DNA of 64,000 nucleotides from Nitrososphaerota archaeon. Lineage in GTDB: Archaea > Thermoproteota > Nitrososphaeria > Nitrososphaerales > Gagatemarchaeaceae. The notes below the pieces were generated by a model. That model saw only the letters and a program-made list of their open reading frames with translations. It was not told the DNA's origin and ran no database searches. The position numbers were made by a program, and so were the translations under genes. How positions within the stretch are numbered: the stretch's first letter is position 1; every line of letters begins with the position of its first letter. The stretch spans positions 55,725-119,724 of the forward strand of contig DAHWNW010000002.1 in NCBI GenBank assembly GCA_027339745.1. Direction: 5' to 3'. Positions 37,059 to 46,146 of the stretch are shown piece after piece.

Positions 37059-38147
37059 CTATCTGGTGGTCTCCCCAGACCTGACCGACTCGTAGAGCCT
37101 CCGGGCGGCAGGGTCCTTCTCGAAGTGGACCCTGATGGGCGCGATGATCGCGTCGAGGGCCTCGGCGACGCCCTTCTTGAGGTCAGCCGGGTGCAGCAGG
37201 CCGCCGATGTAGGCGTCCTCCAGCTCCTTGTAGGACGCGAATTCTACCGCCCCGCCGTACTTCTCGGGCCTCTCGACCCTGAAGGTCTTCCTCTTCCGGA
37301 AGATTATGTACTTGGAGTAGTCCATCAGGGCGTTCCCGGCCACCACCTTGGGGGGACAGTAGGCCGAGTTCACCTTGCTGCGTATCAACTCTGGCCCGTC
37401 GTGGACGAAGATCGAACTCTCTGGCTTGCTCTTGCTCATCTTGCTGGCTATCTCGGAGTCCAGGGCCCCGTTTTCGTCGAACCCTTCGGGTTCCTTCTTC
37501 CCCTGGAGCCCTATGAGCATGTGATGGTGGACCGCGACAGGCTTCTTCCATTTCAGCTTCACCGCTATCTCCCTGGCCAGTATGTTGGCGCGCCGCTGGT
37601 CGAGGCCCAGCTGGCAGATGTCCACGTCGAGCCAGAAGATGTCGGCTACCTGCATCATAGGGTAGAGGAGCTGAGCTGCCTGCACTGCTTCCTTGGACGT
37701 CCTCCCTGCGATGGTGAGGGCCCTCTGAGCCCGGGCCAGGGTGAAGTTCTGGGCGACGGCGACCACCTTCTTCCAATACTCCTCGTTCCTGGCCGCGTCG
37801 CTGGTCCAGAGGATTTCGACCTTGTCCATGTCGACCCCCGCAGCCTTCCAGACCTCGACGAAATACCGGCCGACATCCTGGATGCGCCCCAAGTCACCCC
37901 CCATCTTGTTGTTGACCCAGGCGAACCAGTCCGCGATCCAGAGCTTCATCCGGACCCCTGCCCTCAACATGTCTTCGACGAGTATCGGCCGGAGGACGCC
38001 GAAGGGGAGGTGGGCGAGCCCGCTCGGCTCGAAACCGTCGTATGCAGTCGGATGCTCCTTTGCCTGGAGGAGAGCCATCAGCTCTTCCCCGGTGATTATC
38101 TCCTCTCCGACCCCCTTGATCAGGGCGTACCTCTCTTCCAGGTCCAT
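37059..38147 (-). CDS. tyrS: Tyrosine--tRNA ligase (archaeal type)
   Basis: AYDGFEPSG, YPMMQVAD, GLDQR and KMSKS. Confidence 0.95.
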   Translation of the reverse strand: MDLEERYALIKGVGEEIITGEELMALLQAKEHPTAYDGFEPSGLAHLPFGVLRPILVEDMLRAGVRMKLWIADWFAWVNNKMGGDLGRIQDVGRYFVEVWKAAGVDMDKVEILWTSDAARNEEYWKKVVAVAQNFTLARAQRALTIAGRTSKEAVQAAQLLYPMMQVADIFWLDVDICQLGLDQRRANILAREIAVKLKWKKPVAVHHHMLIGLQGKKEPEGFDENGALDSEIASKMSKSKPESSIFVHDGPELIRSKVNSAYCPPKVVAGNALMDYSKYIIFRKRKTFRVERPEKYGGAVEFASYKELEDAYIGGLLHPADLKKGVAEALDAIIAPIRVHFEKDPAARRLYESVRSGETTR

Positions 38148-38265
38148 CTGCCTCCGGCCCCATGCGCGCCAATTAAAACCGTTGACAAGGGGCCCGGTGT
38201 TGGAGGGCAACATCCTCCCAGAAAGTCTTAACTACGCTCGGAGGTTGCGCCGGGTTTGAGTTCTA

Positions 38266-38733
38266 TTGCCCAATGCGAGGCACTGGGTGTACGCCGCCGC
38301 CGTCGCGACCTACATCCTCAGCGTCTGGGGGGCCTACGTCACGGTGGGGGACTTCGGGGCGGGGTGTGGGACTGGGCTCGGCGCCAGCTGGCCGCTCTGC
38401 AACGGCACCCTCTTCCCTTCGTTCGCCCATTACGCGACCCTGATAGAGTACGTGCACAGGCTGCTGAGCGTCGTCATAGGGCTGATCATACTCTACGCTA
38501 CCGTCAAGGTCTGGATGGTGAAGCCGAGGCCTTCCCTACCGTCCAAGCTGATGCTCCTAGCGATAATCCTGATACCGATTCAGATCGGAATCGGAGGCGG
38601 GGTAATCGCCTCAGGGCTCGCACCGATCGTAGCTACCACGCACTTTGCCTTCGCCCTGGTCATCTTCGGGATAATAGTCTTCGCCGCAGCGTTGATGTTC
38701 GTCGAAGCCAGGGCCAAGAGCCAGACAGGCTGA
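38266..38733 (+). CDS. ctaA: Short (4-TM, single-module) heme A synthase, COX15/CtaA family
   Basis: GAGC...WPLCNG, EYVHR, Q..IGG and a conserved His in TM4. Confidence 0.8.
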   Translation: MPNARHWVYAAAVATYILSVWGAYVTVGDFGAGCGTGLGASWPLCNGTLFPSFAHYATLIEYVHRLLSVVIGLIILYATVKVWMVKPRPSLPSKLMLLAIILIPIQIGIGGGVIASGLAPIVATTHFAFALVIFGIIVFAAALMFVEARAKSQTG

Positions 38734-38839
38734 GCCTTTCGTGCTGTGGACGTAGTACGCCGCGACCGAGTCGTCAACGCCCCGAGCCGGGGAACAGTCA
38801 GAGCCTACTCAATCCGGCCAGGCGGAAAAGAGGTCCCGC

Positions 38840-39175
38840 CTACGCGTGGTTGACGAGGGTCTCGATTTTTGACTTTATCACGTTGGAGGGGACCGCGCCG
38901 ACGACGATGTCCTCTACCTTCCCCTTCGAGAAGAACATCACTGTGGGGATGCTCATGATCCCGAACTGCGAAGCAAGTTCCTGATTGGCGTCGGTGTCCA
39001 CCTTCACGAACTTGACCCTCCCTTCGTACTCCTTTGAGAGCTCATGAATCACCGGTTCAATCATCTTGCAGGGGCCGCACCAGTCGGCGTAGAAATCGAC
39101 TACGACTGGCTGGGAGGACTTCACGACCTCGTCCTGGAACCCATTAGGCCGGAGGGGAATCACGTTGTCGGTCAT
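38840..39175 (-). CDS. trxA: Thioredoxin
   Basis: DFYADWCGPCK and SIPT. Confidence 0.95.
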   Translation of the reverse strand: MTDNVIPLRPNGFQDEVVKSSQPVVVDFYADWCGPCKMIEPVIHELSKEYEGRVKFVKVDTDANQELASQFGIMSIPTVMFFSKGKVEDIVVGAVPSNVIKSKIETLVNHA

Positions 39176-40424
39176 ACAAAGACCGGGTCCCAGCTCCCTG
39201 TTCATAAATCTGCCTTGGGTCGGCCGCCTGCGGCCTGGGCATGGAGTCGGCTAAGGGCGAGCTCCTGAGCACATCCCCGACAGGGTTGTAGGACGCCAGG
39301 GTAGCCCCGTCGATTGCCTTCCACACGAGGTCGTGCAGACCCAGCTTGGTGACATACTCGTCTACGAGGTCAGACTTCACCCGCGTCCTCGGGTGGCGGG
39401 TTATGATCGCACAACAGTCCTTGTACTCCTCGAGGGAGAGGTCGTAGGTGGAGACGCGTCGGGCCATTCCGATTATCTCTTCCTTGTCGTAGGCCAGAAG
39501 GGGCCTTAGGATCGGCAGCGAGGAGCCGTGGTCGAATGACCCCACGTTCCACAAGGTCTGGGAGGCCGCCTGTGAGAGCGAGTCCCCGGTCGAGATCGCT
39601 ATCGCCCCGAAGGCAGGGGCGAGCGCCTCCGCGGTCATACGCATGAACCTCCGGAACAGAGACGGCTCCAGGTCCGCTGACCCCCCTGCGGTGGCGAGTT
39701 GGTACTCGGCGAAGGGGACGAGGACCAGGGTGCTCTTCCCTCCGTAGGACGAGAGGACCTTCACCTCCTTCATGACCTTGCTCTCCAGAGCGTACCTGGC
39801 CGTCGGGGCGAGGTAGAAGTGAAGGTAGACCGGGACGCACCCCCTCTTCATCAGCAACCACGCCGCAACAGGGGAGTCGATGCCGCCAGAGAAGAGGTGC
39901 ATCACCCGCCCTGCCGTCCCTACAGGGAGGCCGCCGGGCCCCGCGGTCTTGTTGGAATAGACGAGGGCATTGAACCTCGTCACGTCTACCCTGAGCACGA
40001 CGTCGGGGTGGGTCAGGTCCACCTTCATCCCGGTCTCCTCCTGGACGGCCGCCCCGAGCCTAAGAGCGAGCTCTCGCGAGGTAAGCGGGTAGCCTTTGTC
40101 GGATCGCCTCGGCTCGACCTTGAAGGACTTCCCCTGCGACCTCCTGGCAGCGTCAAGCACCGCCGCCCGGATCTCCCCGAAGTCGAGCCCCACCGGGACG
40201 ACCTCCGAGAACCAGGCGACCCCGAAGGTCCTGCTGAGTCGGCCCCCGACCGCTTCGGCCCCTCCCTCGGCGGTGACCAAGAACCTCCCCTCCCTGAGCT
40301 CGACGACTGGAGCGAGGCCGCTCAACGACCGCGCTATGTTCCGGCGGAGCGCGCGGACGAACTCCGGCCTGTTCTTCCCCTTCAAAGCTACTTCCGAATA
40401 GTGTACCACATAGGTGAGGGGCAT
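39144..40424 (-). CDS. thiI: tRNA 4-thiouridine synthase ThiI
   Basis: YSEVALKGKNR, THUMP domain, PP-loop SGGIDS, TGDSLSQAASQT, RPL and DCC. Confidence 0.92.
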   Translation of the reverse strand: MPLTYVVHYSEVALKGKNRPEFVRALRRNIARSLSGLAPVVELREGRFLVTAEGGAEAVGGRLSRTFGVAWFSEVVPVGLDFGEIRAAVLDAARRSQGKSFKVEPRRSDKGYPLTSRELALRLGAAVQEETGMKVDLTHPDVVLRVDVTRFNALVYSNKTAGPGGLPVGTAGRVMHLFSGGIDSPVAAWLLMKRGCVPVYLHFYLAPTARYALESKVMKEVKVLSSYGGKSTLVLVPFAEYQLATAGGSADLEPSLFRRFMRMTAEALAPAFGAIAISTGDSLSQAASQTLWNVGSFDHGSSLPILRPLLAYDKEEIIGMARRVSTYDLSLEEYKDCCAIITRHPRTRVKSDLVDEYVTKLGLHDLVWKAIDGATLASYNPVGDVLRSSPLADSMPRPQAADPRQIYEQGAGTRSLYDRQRDSPPA

Positions 40425-40477
40425 TGGCGGATTCAGCCTCTTGGCAGGCGTAGATTAAGCCGTTCGGCCCCGGCGGG

Positions 40478-41344
40478 TCAACGCAGGACGGCGGCAACCA
40501 TCGCGACCAGGAATATGATCGCAAGATAGGGGCTTGAGAATTTGAAGGCCAGCCATGCGTTGTCCTTGGTGGGGGCCCTGAATAGCTTGATGTTGGTCGC
40601 GAGCAGGAGGAAGTCGAAAACGAGCGAAACCCCCAGGTAAACATAGAAGCCGGGTCCGAGGAAGTAGGATACGTACGTCAGGCTCACCGGGATGAGGAGT
40701 AGTGTGTTGAAGACGATGTACCTTGAGGCGGCAGCAGGCCCCACCACCGATGGGAGCATCGGGACGTTGACTGCCGTGTAGTCCTCCTCTGTGATGACCG
40801 CGAGGGACCAGAAGTGGCTCGGCGTCCATACAAAAACAAGCGCGCCGAGGAGCCATCCCACGGCGGCGTCGCTGTAAGTGACGGCGTACCAGCCGGCCAG
40901 AGCGGCGCAGCTCCCGGCGAACCCCCCGAGGACTATGTTCCAGCTGGTACGAGGCTTCAGGAAGAGCGTGTAAACAGGGACGTAGACGAAGGCGCCCAGG
41001 GCGATGAAGAAGGTTGCAAGTATGTCCAGTGTGAAGGCAGCCACGACCACACCGGCGGCGAGGAGACCGAGACCCATGATCAGGGCGTGCGAGGGCCGCA
41101 CTATCCTACCGGCCGGGAGGGGCCTCCCCATGGTCCGCTTCATCTTCGCGTCCATCCCCATCTCCAGGTAGCTGTTCAGCGCAAGGGCGCCGCTGGAGGC
41201 CAACGCTCCCCCCACCAACACCCCGGCCAAGGTTACGAGTGGCGGCAACCCCCTCTCGGCCACGACGGCCGAGCCCAGCGCGGCCATGAGAAGAAGCGGG
41301 GTGATCTTAGGCTTCGTTAGCGCGAGATAGTCTGAGAGGCTCAA
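40478..41344 (-). CDS. cyoE: Protoheme IX farnesyltransferase (heme O synthase)
   Basis: LTKPKI, D..MKRT..RPLPAG, YT..LK, WTPSHFWSLA and DY..V.VPMLP. Confidence 0.93.
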   Translation of the reverse strand: MSLSDYLALTKPKITPLLLMAALGSAVVAERGLPPLVTLAGVLVGGALASSGALALNSYLEMGMDAKMKRTMGRPLPAGRIVRPSHALIMGLGLLAAGVVVAAFTLDILATFFIALGAFVYVPVYTLFLKPRTSWNIVLGGFAGSCAALAGWYAVTYSDAAVGWLLGALVFVWTPSHFWSLAVITEEDYTAVNVPMLPSVVGPAAASRYIVFNTLLLIPVSLTYVSYFLGPGFYVYLGVSLVFDFLLLATNIKLFRAPTKDNAWLAFKFSSPYLAIIFLVAMVAAVLR

Positions 41345-41433
41345 ATCGGGGGTTCCATCTGTGGCTGGGCCTCCGCGCTGCGTATTTTGGTCTTGCTCAG
41401 GGGATTCAGGAGGGCCCTGCGGTGAGCTTCGTT

Positions 41434-41448
41434 GAAACCCTTAAGAAA
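41434..41448 (+). promoter_or_regulatory. BRE/TATA-like promoter of tRNA-Tyr
   Basis: GAAACCCTTAAGAAA about 25-35 nt upstream of the tRNA. Confidence 0.55.
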
Positions 41449-41470
41449 TCTCTGAGTTCCGGGCGCCCGT

Positions 41471-41627
41471 CCCGCGGTAGCTCAGCCTGGTAGTCCCGGA
41501 AGGGGCCAACAGCTTCCGGCTGTAGAGGTCGGCCATCGGCTGACCCGTCCAGCCTACTCAGGCCACAGTGACCGGAGTGTCGCAGGCTCAAAAGGTGCCT
41601 AGGCACCTGACAATCCTGCCCGCGGGA
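41471..41627 (+). tRNA. tRNA-Tyr(GTA) with three introns (41494-41510, 41526-41570, 41593-41613)
   Basis: Removing the three BHB-flanked segments gives a full cloverleaf: CCCGCGG/CCGCGGG, GCTC/GAGC, TCCGG/CCGGA with anticodon GTA at 41522-41524, and GCAGG/CCTGC. C1:G72 and A73 are archaeal Tyr identity elements. CCA is not encoded. Confidence 0.9.
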
Positions 41628-41757
41628 CACATTACCGCTAGAACGACCGCTCCGGCGCCCCGGGCGCACCATTCTGTACAAGCGTCTTCCTCGAAGGGGG
41701 CTCGGCAGGCGACTCGAGGAACCGTTTTATCCCCCACCAGAACGGGTTGAAACAGCG

Positions 41758-42324
41758 TTGAGTTCAGCTTCTCCCAAGAGCAGGAAGTCCAAGAAGGAAG
41801 GGGTCAAGGCCGAGGTCGTGGAGGAGGTGGAGAAGGCCGGGAAGGCGGTCAAGAGGGAGGTAAAAAGGGCTGAGAGAATGGGGGCCGAGTCGGCGAGGAG
41901 ACCCAAGGCGAAGCCTCAAGCTAAGGCTCCGGCTGGGAAAGCCCCCGTCCCCTCGGTCTTGTCCAGGCACGGGACCGAGATGATCAAGAGGGAAGGGAAG
42001 GGCTTCTCGGTCGGAGAGCTGTCCAGCGCAGGGCTTGCCCCCGGAGAGGCGGCCCGGTGGGGGGCGAGGGTTGACTACAGAAGAAGGAGCGTTATCGAAT
42101 CGAACGTGAGTGCCCTAAAGGGGTGGGCCGCATCACCTGCCGCGGCTCCTAAATCTGAGGGAGAGCCCGAGAAGGCGGGGCGAGCCCTGGAGAGGGCCGG
42201 AGAGGAAGTAGCCAGAGAAGCTGAAAAGGCCGGGAAGGCGGTGAAGAAGGAAGCCAAGAGGGTCGAGAAGGGGGCCGAGCAGAAGCTCGGGAAGAAGCCC
42301 CGTGCTAAGAAGTCCGAATCGTAG
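41758..42324 (+). CDS. rpl13e: Ribosomal protein eL13 (L13e) with long charged N- and C-terminal extensions
   Basis: Core REGKGFSVGEL..AGL....A...G..VDYRRRS....NV..LK. Confidence 0.85.
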   Translation: MSSASPKSRKSKKEGVKAEVVEEVEKAGKAVKREVKRAERMGAESARRPKAKPQAKAPAGKAPVPSVLSRHGTEMIKREGKGFSVGELSSAGLAPGEAARWGARVDYRRRSVIESNVSALKGWAASPAAAPKSEGEPEKAGRALERAGEEVAREAEKAGKAVKKEAKRVEKGAEQKLGKKPRAKKSES

Positions 42325-43237
42325 CTGACTTCTCCGAGCGCACCGCCATGTACAAGTACTGCTGGGCGTAGCCTGCGTACTCGCCGAAGTATTCCCTCAG
42401 GGAGGCTGACAGCTTCGCGTATTCGCTGGCCGCCATTTTGACCTTCCCATCGCGCTCCAGCCGCGCCCTCAGGGACCGGTCCATCAGCCATGGGTACGAC
42501 CTCGCCACAGCCCTCGCGATCCACACGTCTATGGGAAAGGCCTCGTCTTTCCCGCACGAGTAAAGGAGGACGCAATCTGCAACCTTGGGCCCGACCCCCA
42601 GGAGCACCTTCTCCCCCGACAACTCCCTGAGGAGCAGCCTCCGCGCCTCCTCGTAGGGGAGAGACGAGACAGCGTCGAAGTCGACGTCCCCCCTCGCGAC
42701 CGAGGCCGCGACCCTTTTGAGGAATGGCGCCCTGTAACCCAGGCCGCAACCCCTGAGGGCAGAGACCGTCGGGCCCGCCAAAGCCTGCGGGCTTGGGAAT
42801 CTTCGGTAGACGTCCCCCTCGAACTCGATGGCCCCGCCGTACCTCGCGCAGACGTTGTCTACCATCTTCACTATCCGGGGGATGTTGGCGTTGGTCGCGA
42901 GGGCGAAGGAGGCGAGGCACTCCCACCTGTCTTGCCTGACCAGCCTCAGGCCGTAGAACCGTTCGACGGCCCGGGTGATGGGTTCGTCCTTGGAGATGGA
43001 AGCGAGTACGTGCTCCAGGTCCACGTCCAGCTGGAAGTATTCCGACACCCAGGGGGCGCCGAGGGCGTCTGAGCTGGAGACACACTTCAGGACGTCCCCC
43101 TCCTGCATCATCTTGACCACCCCCCCACCGACGACCCCGTACCACCAGTCCCCTCTCTTGGCCCACCTGAACGTCTGCCCGCTGACCAGGGTGTACTCCA
43201 GACTGAAAGGCGAGGTGAGCGGTACGACGAACTCCAT
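42305..43237 (-). CDS. ogg: 8-oxoguanine DNA glycosylase/AP lyase (OGG1-like)
   Basis: SGQTFRW, GLRLVRQD.WE, GLGYRA, GVGPKVADC, FPIDVW and AGYAQQY. Confidence 0.9.
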   Translation of the reverse strand: MEFVVPLTSPFSLEYTLVSGQTFRWAKRGDWWYGVVGGGVVKMMQEGDVLKCVSSSDALGAPWVSEYFQLDVDLEHVLASISKDEPITRAVERFYGLRLVRQDRWECLASFALATNANIPRIVKMVDNVCARYGGAIEFEGDVYRRFPSPQALAGPTVSALRGCGLGYRAPFLKRVAASVARGDVDFDAVSSLPYEEARRLLLRELSGEKVLLGVGPKVADCVLLYSCGKDEAFPIDVWIARAVARSYPWLMDRSLRARLERDGKVKMAASEYAKLSASLREYFGEYAGYAQQYLYMAVRSEKSATIRTS

Positions 43238-43325
43238 TCGCGGGTGGTGGTTCGGCGCCCCCGCGAAGATATATCCTTGCGGGCGGAATGCAGTTGAAAT
43301 AGACGCCCGGACGCCAGGGACGCCC

Positions 43326-44630
43326 ATGTCTGGCTCCTATCTTGAGGCGACTCGGCGCTCGGGTAAGCTATTCGAGCGGGCGAAGAAGGTGTTCGCAGGA
43401 GGAGTCAATCACAACGCCAGGTTCTACCAGCCCTATCCCCTGTTCGTGAACAAGGCCAAGGCACAGCACATTTGGGACGCCGACGGAAACAGGTACACGG
43501 ACTACTGGATGGGGCACATGGCCCTGATCCTCGGACACTCGCCGAAGCCTGTGGTGGACGCGCTCCGCGGGCAGATCAGCCACGGGACCCACTATGGGAT
43601 GGGGAGCAGCCTCTCCGTCGAGCTCGCGGAGGAGGTACAGAAGTCTGTCCCCTGCGCCGAGATGATGCGATTCTGCAACACGGGCGCTGAGGCGACGATG
43701 TACCTCGTGAGGCTCGCCAGGGGGTACACCGGAAAGAGGACGGTCATCAAGATGGCGGGGGGGTGGCACGGCTACAACACGGAGCTGAACAAAGGGGTCC
43801 ACAGGCCCTTCGACAAGTCGGAGAGCGCCGGCATCCTCGAAGAGGAGCAGGCTTTCGTAAAGAACGTGAGGTTCAACGACCTCGAAGCTGCGGAGCGGGC
43901 GGTCAGGGAGGCCGCCGAGGACACGGCCCTTATCTTCCTCGAGCCGGTGCTCGGGGCAGGGGGGTGCGTCCCGGCCGAGCCGGACTATCTGAGGGGCCTG
44001 AGGGAGCTGGCGGACAAGCACGGAGTCCTCCTGGCGTTCGACGAAATCATCACCGGGTTCCGCGTCTCGCTTGGAGGGGCGCAGGGGTTCTACGGCGTGA
44101 CCCCTGACCTGGCATCCTTCGGGAAGGTCGCTGGCGGCGGGCTCCCCCTCGGCCTGGTGGCGGGGAGGAAGGAGATCGTCTCGCTGGCGGACCCGAACAG
44201 GAAAGAGAGATTCGTGTCAATCGGCGGAGGGACGTTCTCAGAGAACCCCCTTAGCATGGCCGCGGGGCTCGCGACGGTAAGGCACCTTAGGAGGCACGCA
44301 GGGAGCGTCTACCCCGAACTCGACAAGGCGGGACGGGATGCGAGGGAGGCCGTGGACAGGGCCTTTGCGGAAGAAGGCGTCGTCGCGCACACAACAGGGC
44401 TTGGCTCGCTCTTCCTCACCCACTTCGGAGTGGATCCCAAGAACGCCGAAGAGTCAGCGGGAGGGGACAAGAAGGCGAGGCTGGACTATTGCCTTGAACT
44501 GATGTCCAAGGGCATCTTCATACTCCCGGGACACCCTGGAGGGATCTCGACGTGCCACACTCCCCAGGACTTGAAGGAGCTCGCTGAGCAGAGCGGTAAA
44601 TTCGCCGCTAGGCTGGCAAAGAAAAGATAG
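43326..44630 (+). CDS. Class III PLP aminotransferase, glutamate-1-semialdehyde aminomutase-like
   Basis: GGVN..R, D.DGN.Y.DY, NTGAEAT, FDEIITGFR, FGKVAGGGLP and GGTF..NP. Confidence 0.85.
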   Translation: MSGSYLEATRRSGKLFERAKKVFAGGVNHNARFYQPYPLFVNKAKAQHIWDADGNRYTDYWMGHMALILGHSPKPVVDALRGQISHGTHYGMGSSLSVELAEEVQKSVPCAEMMRFCNTGAEATMYLVRLARGYTGKRTVIKMAGGWHGYNTELNKGVHRPFDKSESAGILEEEQAFVKNVRFNDLEAAERAVREAAEDTALIFLEPVLGAGGCVPAEPDYLRGLRELADKHGVLLAFDEIITGFRVSLGGAQGFYGVTPDLASFGKVAGGGLPLGLVAGRKEIVSLADPNRKERFVSIGGGTFSENPLSMAAGLATVRHLRRHAGSVYPELDKAGRDAREAVDRAFAEEGVVAHTTGLGSLFLTHFGVDPKNAEESAGGDKKARLDYCLELMSKGIFILPGHPGGISTCHTPQDLKELAEQSGKFAARLAKKR

Positions 44631-44725
44631 GGCAAGAAACCCTTTGCATCGTAGGCCCGGACCCCCTCCGAAAGGCGGCAATGCCAGGTTCATCGCTGAA
44701 AGAACGCCCTGAAGGAGCTTGGTTC

Positions 44726-44731
44726 AAAAAA
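44726..44731 (-). terminator. Oligo-T terminator candidate after sod
   Basis: T6 on the minus strand about 17 nt past the stop codon. Confidence 0.4.
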
Positions 44732-44747
44732 GGCGTAGGGAAAGTGC

Positions 44748-45356
44748 TCACTTTGAGACTTTCCCAAATCTTGCGTCTGCTTCCGACCAGTTGACTACGT
44801 TCCACCAAGCCTCGACATACTTCGCCTTGTCGTTGAGGTACTGGGCGTAAAACGCATGTTCCCAGAGGTCCGAGCACACGATGACGTGCGCCTGAGCGAT
44901 GTGGTTCAGATTGTGTTTCTCTACCTGTGATATGATTAGCTGGTCGCTGACTGGCTCGTAGATCAGCATCGCCCAACCGCTCCCCTCTACGGTCTTCGAA
45001 GCGTCCGAGAACTGAGCCTTGAACTTGTCGAACCCGCCGAAGTCCCTGTTGATCTGGTCCGCGAGCTTTCCTCCGGGCGCACCTCCGCCCTTGCCCGCAG
45101 GGGCCATGTTCGGCCAGAATAGTGAGTGGAGTATGTGTCCGTCCGCGTTGAAGCCGAAGTCTCGGAGGACGCCTTTGATGTCAATCTGGAGTTCGCCCTT
45201 CCTGGCCTTCTCCAGCTTCTCCATGGCGGCATTTGCCCCCGTGACGTAACCTTGGTGGTGCTTGTCGTGGTGCAGCGTCATGATCTGCTTGGAAACGTGC
45301 GGTTCGAGCGCGTCGTACGCGTAAGGCAGTGGTGGAAGTGTGTATGTCTTCATCAT
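44748..45356 (-). CDS. sod: Fe/Mn superoxide dismutase
   Basis: LPYAYDALEP, HHDKHH, H.LFW, GSGW and DLWEHAFY. Confidence 0.95.
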   Translation of the reverse strand: MMKTYTLPPLPYAYDALEPHVSKQIMTLHHDKHHQGYVTGANAAMEKLEKARKGELQIDIKGVLRDFGFNADGHILHSLFWPNMAPAGKGGGAPGGKLADQINRDFGGFDKFKAQFSDASKTVEGSGWAMLIYEPVSDQLIISQVEKHNLNHIAQAHVIVCSDLWEHAFYAQYLNDKAKYVEAWWNVVNWSEADARFGKVSK

Positions 45357-45459
45357 GGAAAGCCCAAGACCATCGCGTAAAAATGTTGCCATATTGCCCA
45401 CCCAGACCCGCTTTACGTGGGCTCCGACCCCCGGACGTCCCCCTCGTCCGCCAGGTCCT

Positions 45460-46113
45460 CTACTGCTTCGACTTCTTGGCCTTCTCCCAGTCGTCGAGGA
45501 AGCGCTTCAAACCCGAGTCTGTCAGGGGATGTTGCATCATCTTCTCCATGACCTCGGGGGGCATCGTTGCAATGTCCGCCCCCGCCTTGGCAGCTTCTAG
45601 GACGTGCTGGGGGTGCCTTATGCTCCCGACGAGGACCTCTGCCTTCAGCTGGTAGTTGTCCCTGATCTTGACCAGGTCTTCAACGAGATCCATCCCGCGC
45701 TGCCCTATGTCATCCAGCCTACCTATGAAGGGGCTTATGAATGACGCCCCCGCCTTCGCCGCCAGGAGACCCTGGTTGGCTGAGAAGACGAGGGTCATGT
45801 TGACCCTCATCCCCATTCCACAAATGGTCTTCGTGGCTCTAAGGCCCTCCGGGATAATCGGTATCTTCACTACGACGTTGGGGGCCATGGCTGAGATTCT
45901 CTTAGCCTCGGTCACCATCCCGTCGAAGTCCGTGGCCACCACCTCGACGCTGACGTCCCCCCTGACCTCCTTGCAAATCCCCGTTATGATATCCTCAAAG
46001 TCTCCAGGCTCCTTGGAGACAAGGGTGGGGTTGGTGGTGACCCCGTCTACCACCCCCATCTGGTTGAGCTTCCTTATCTGCGCGAGGTTGGCCGTGTCGA
46101 GGAAGAGCTTCAT
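45460..46113 (-). CDS. tal: Transaldolase (FSA/TalC family)
   Basis: FLDTAN, GVTTNPTL, VVKIP, N.TLVFS, SPFIGRLDD and HPLTD.GL.RF. Confidence 0.9.
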   Translation of the reverse strand: MKLFLDTANLAQIRKLNQMGVVDGVTTNPTLVSKEPGDFEDIITGICKEVRGDVSVEVVATDFDGMVTEAKRISAMAPNVVVKIPIIPEGLRATKTICGMGMRVNMTLVFSANQGLLAAKAGASFISPFIGRLDDIGQRGMDLVEDLVKIRDNYQLKAEVLVGSIRHPQHVLEAAKAGADIATMPPEVMEKMMQHPLTDSGLKRFLDDWEKAKKSKQ

Positions 46114-46146
46114 CGTAGCGGAGTTTCCTGGCTTTGATAGTTAAGC

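Noticed and set aside
37125..38231. Long antisense ORFs (368 aa here; also 19260-20132, 25773-27131, 3853-4758, 42075-43166, 29360-30352)
   Set aside because: Shadow or alternate frames of well-supported genes, expected with high GC3; no recognisable motifs.
41628..41757. Possible integrative element at the tRNA-Tyr 3' end
   Set aside because: No duplicated tRNA 3' end or integrase was seen; housekeeping genes flank both sides.
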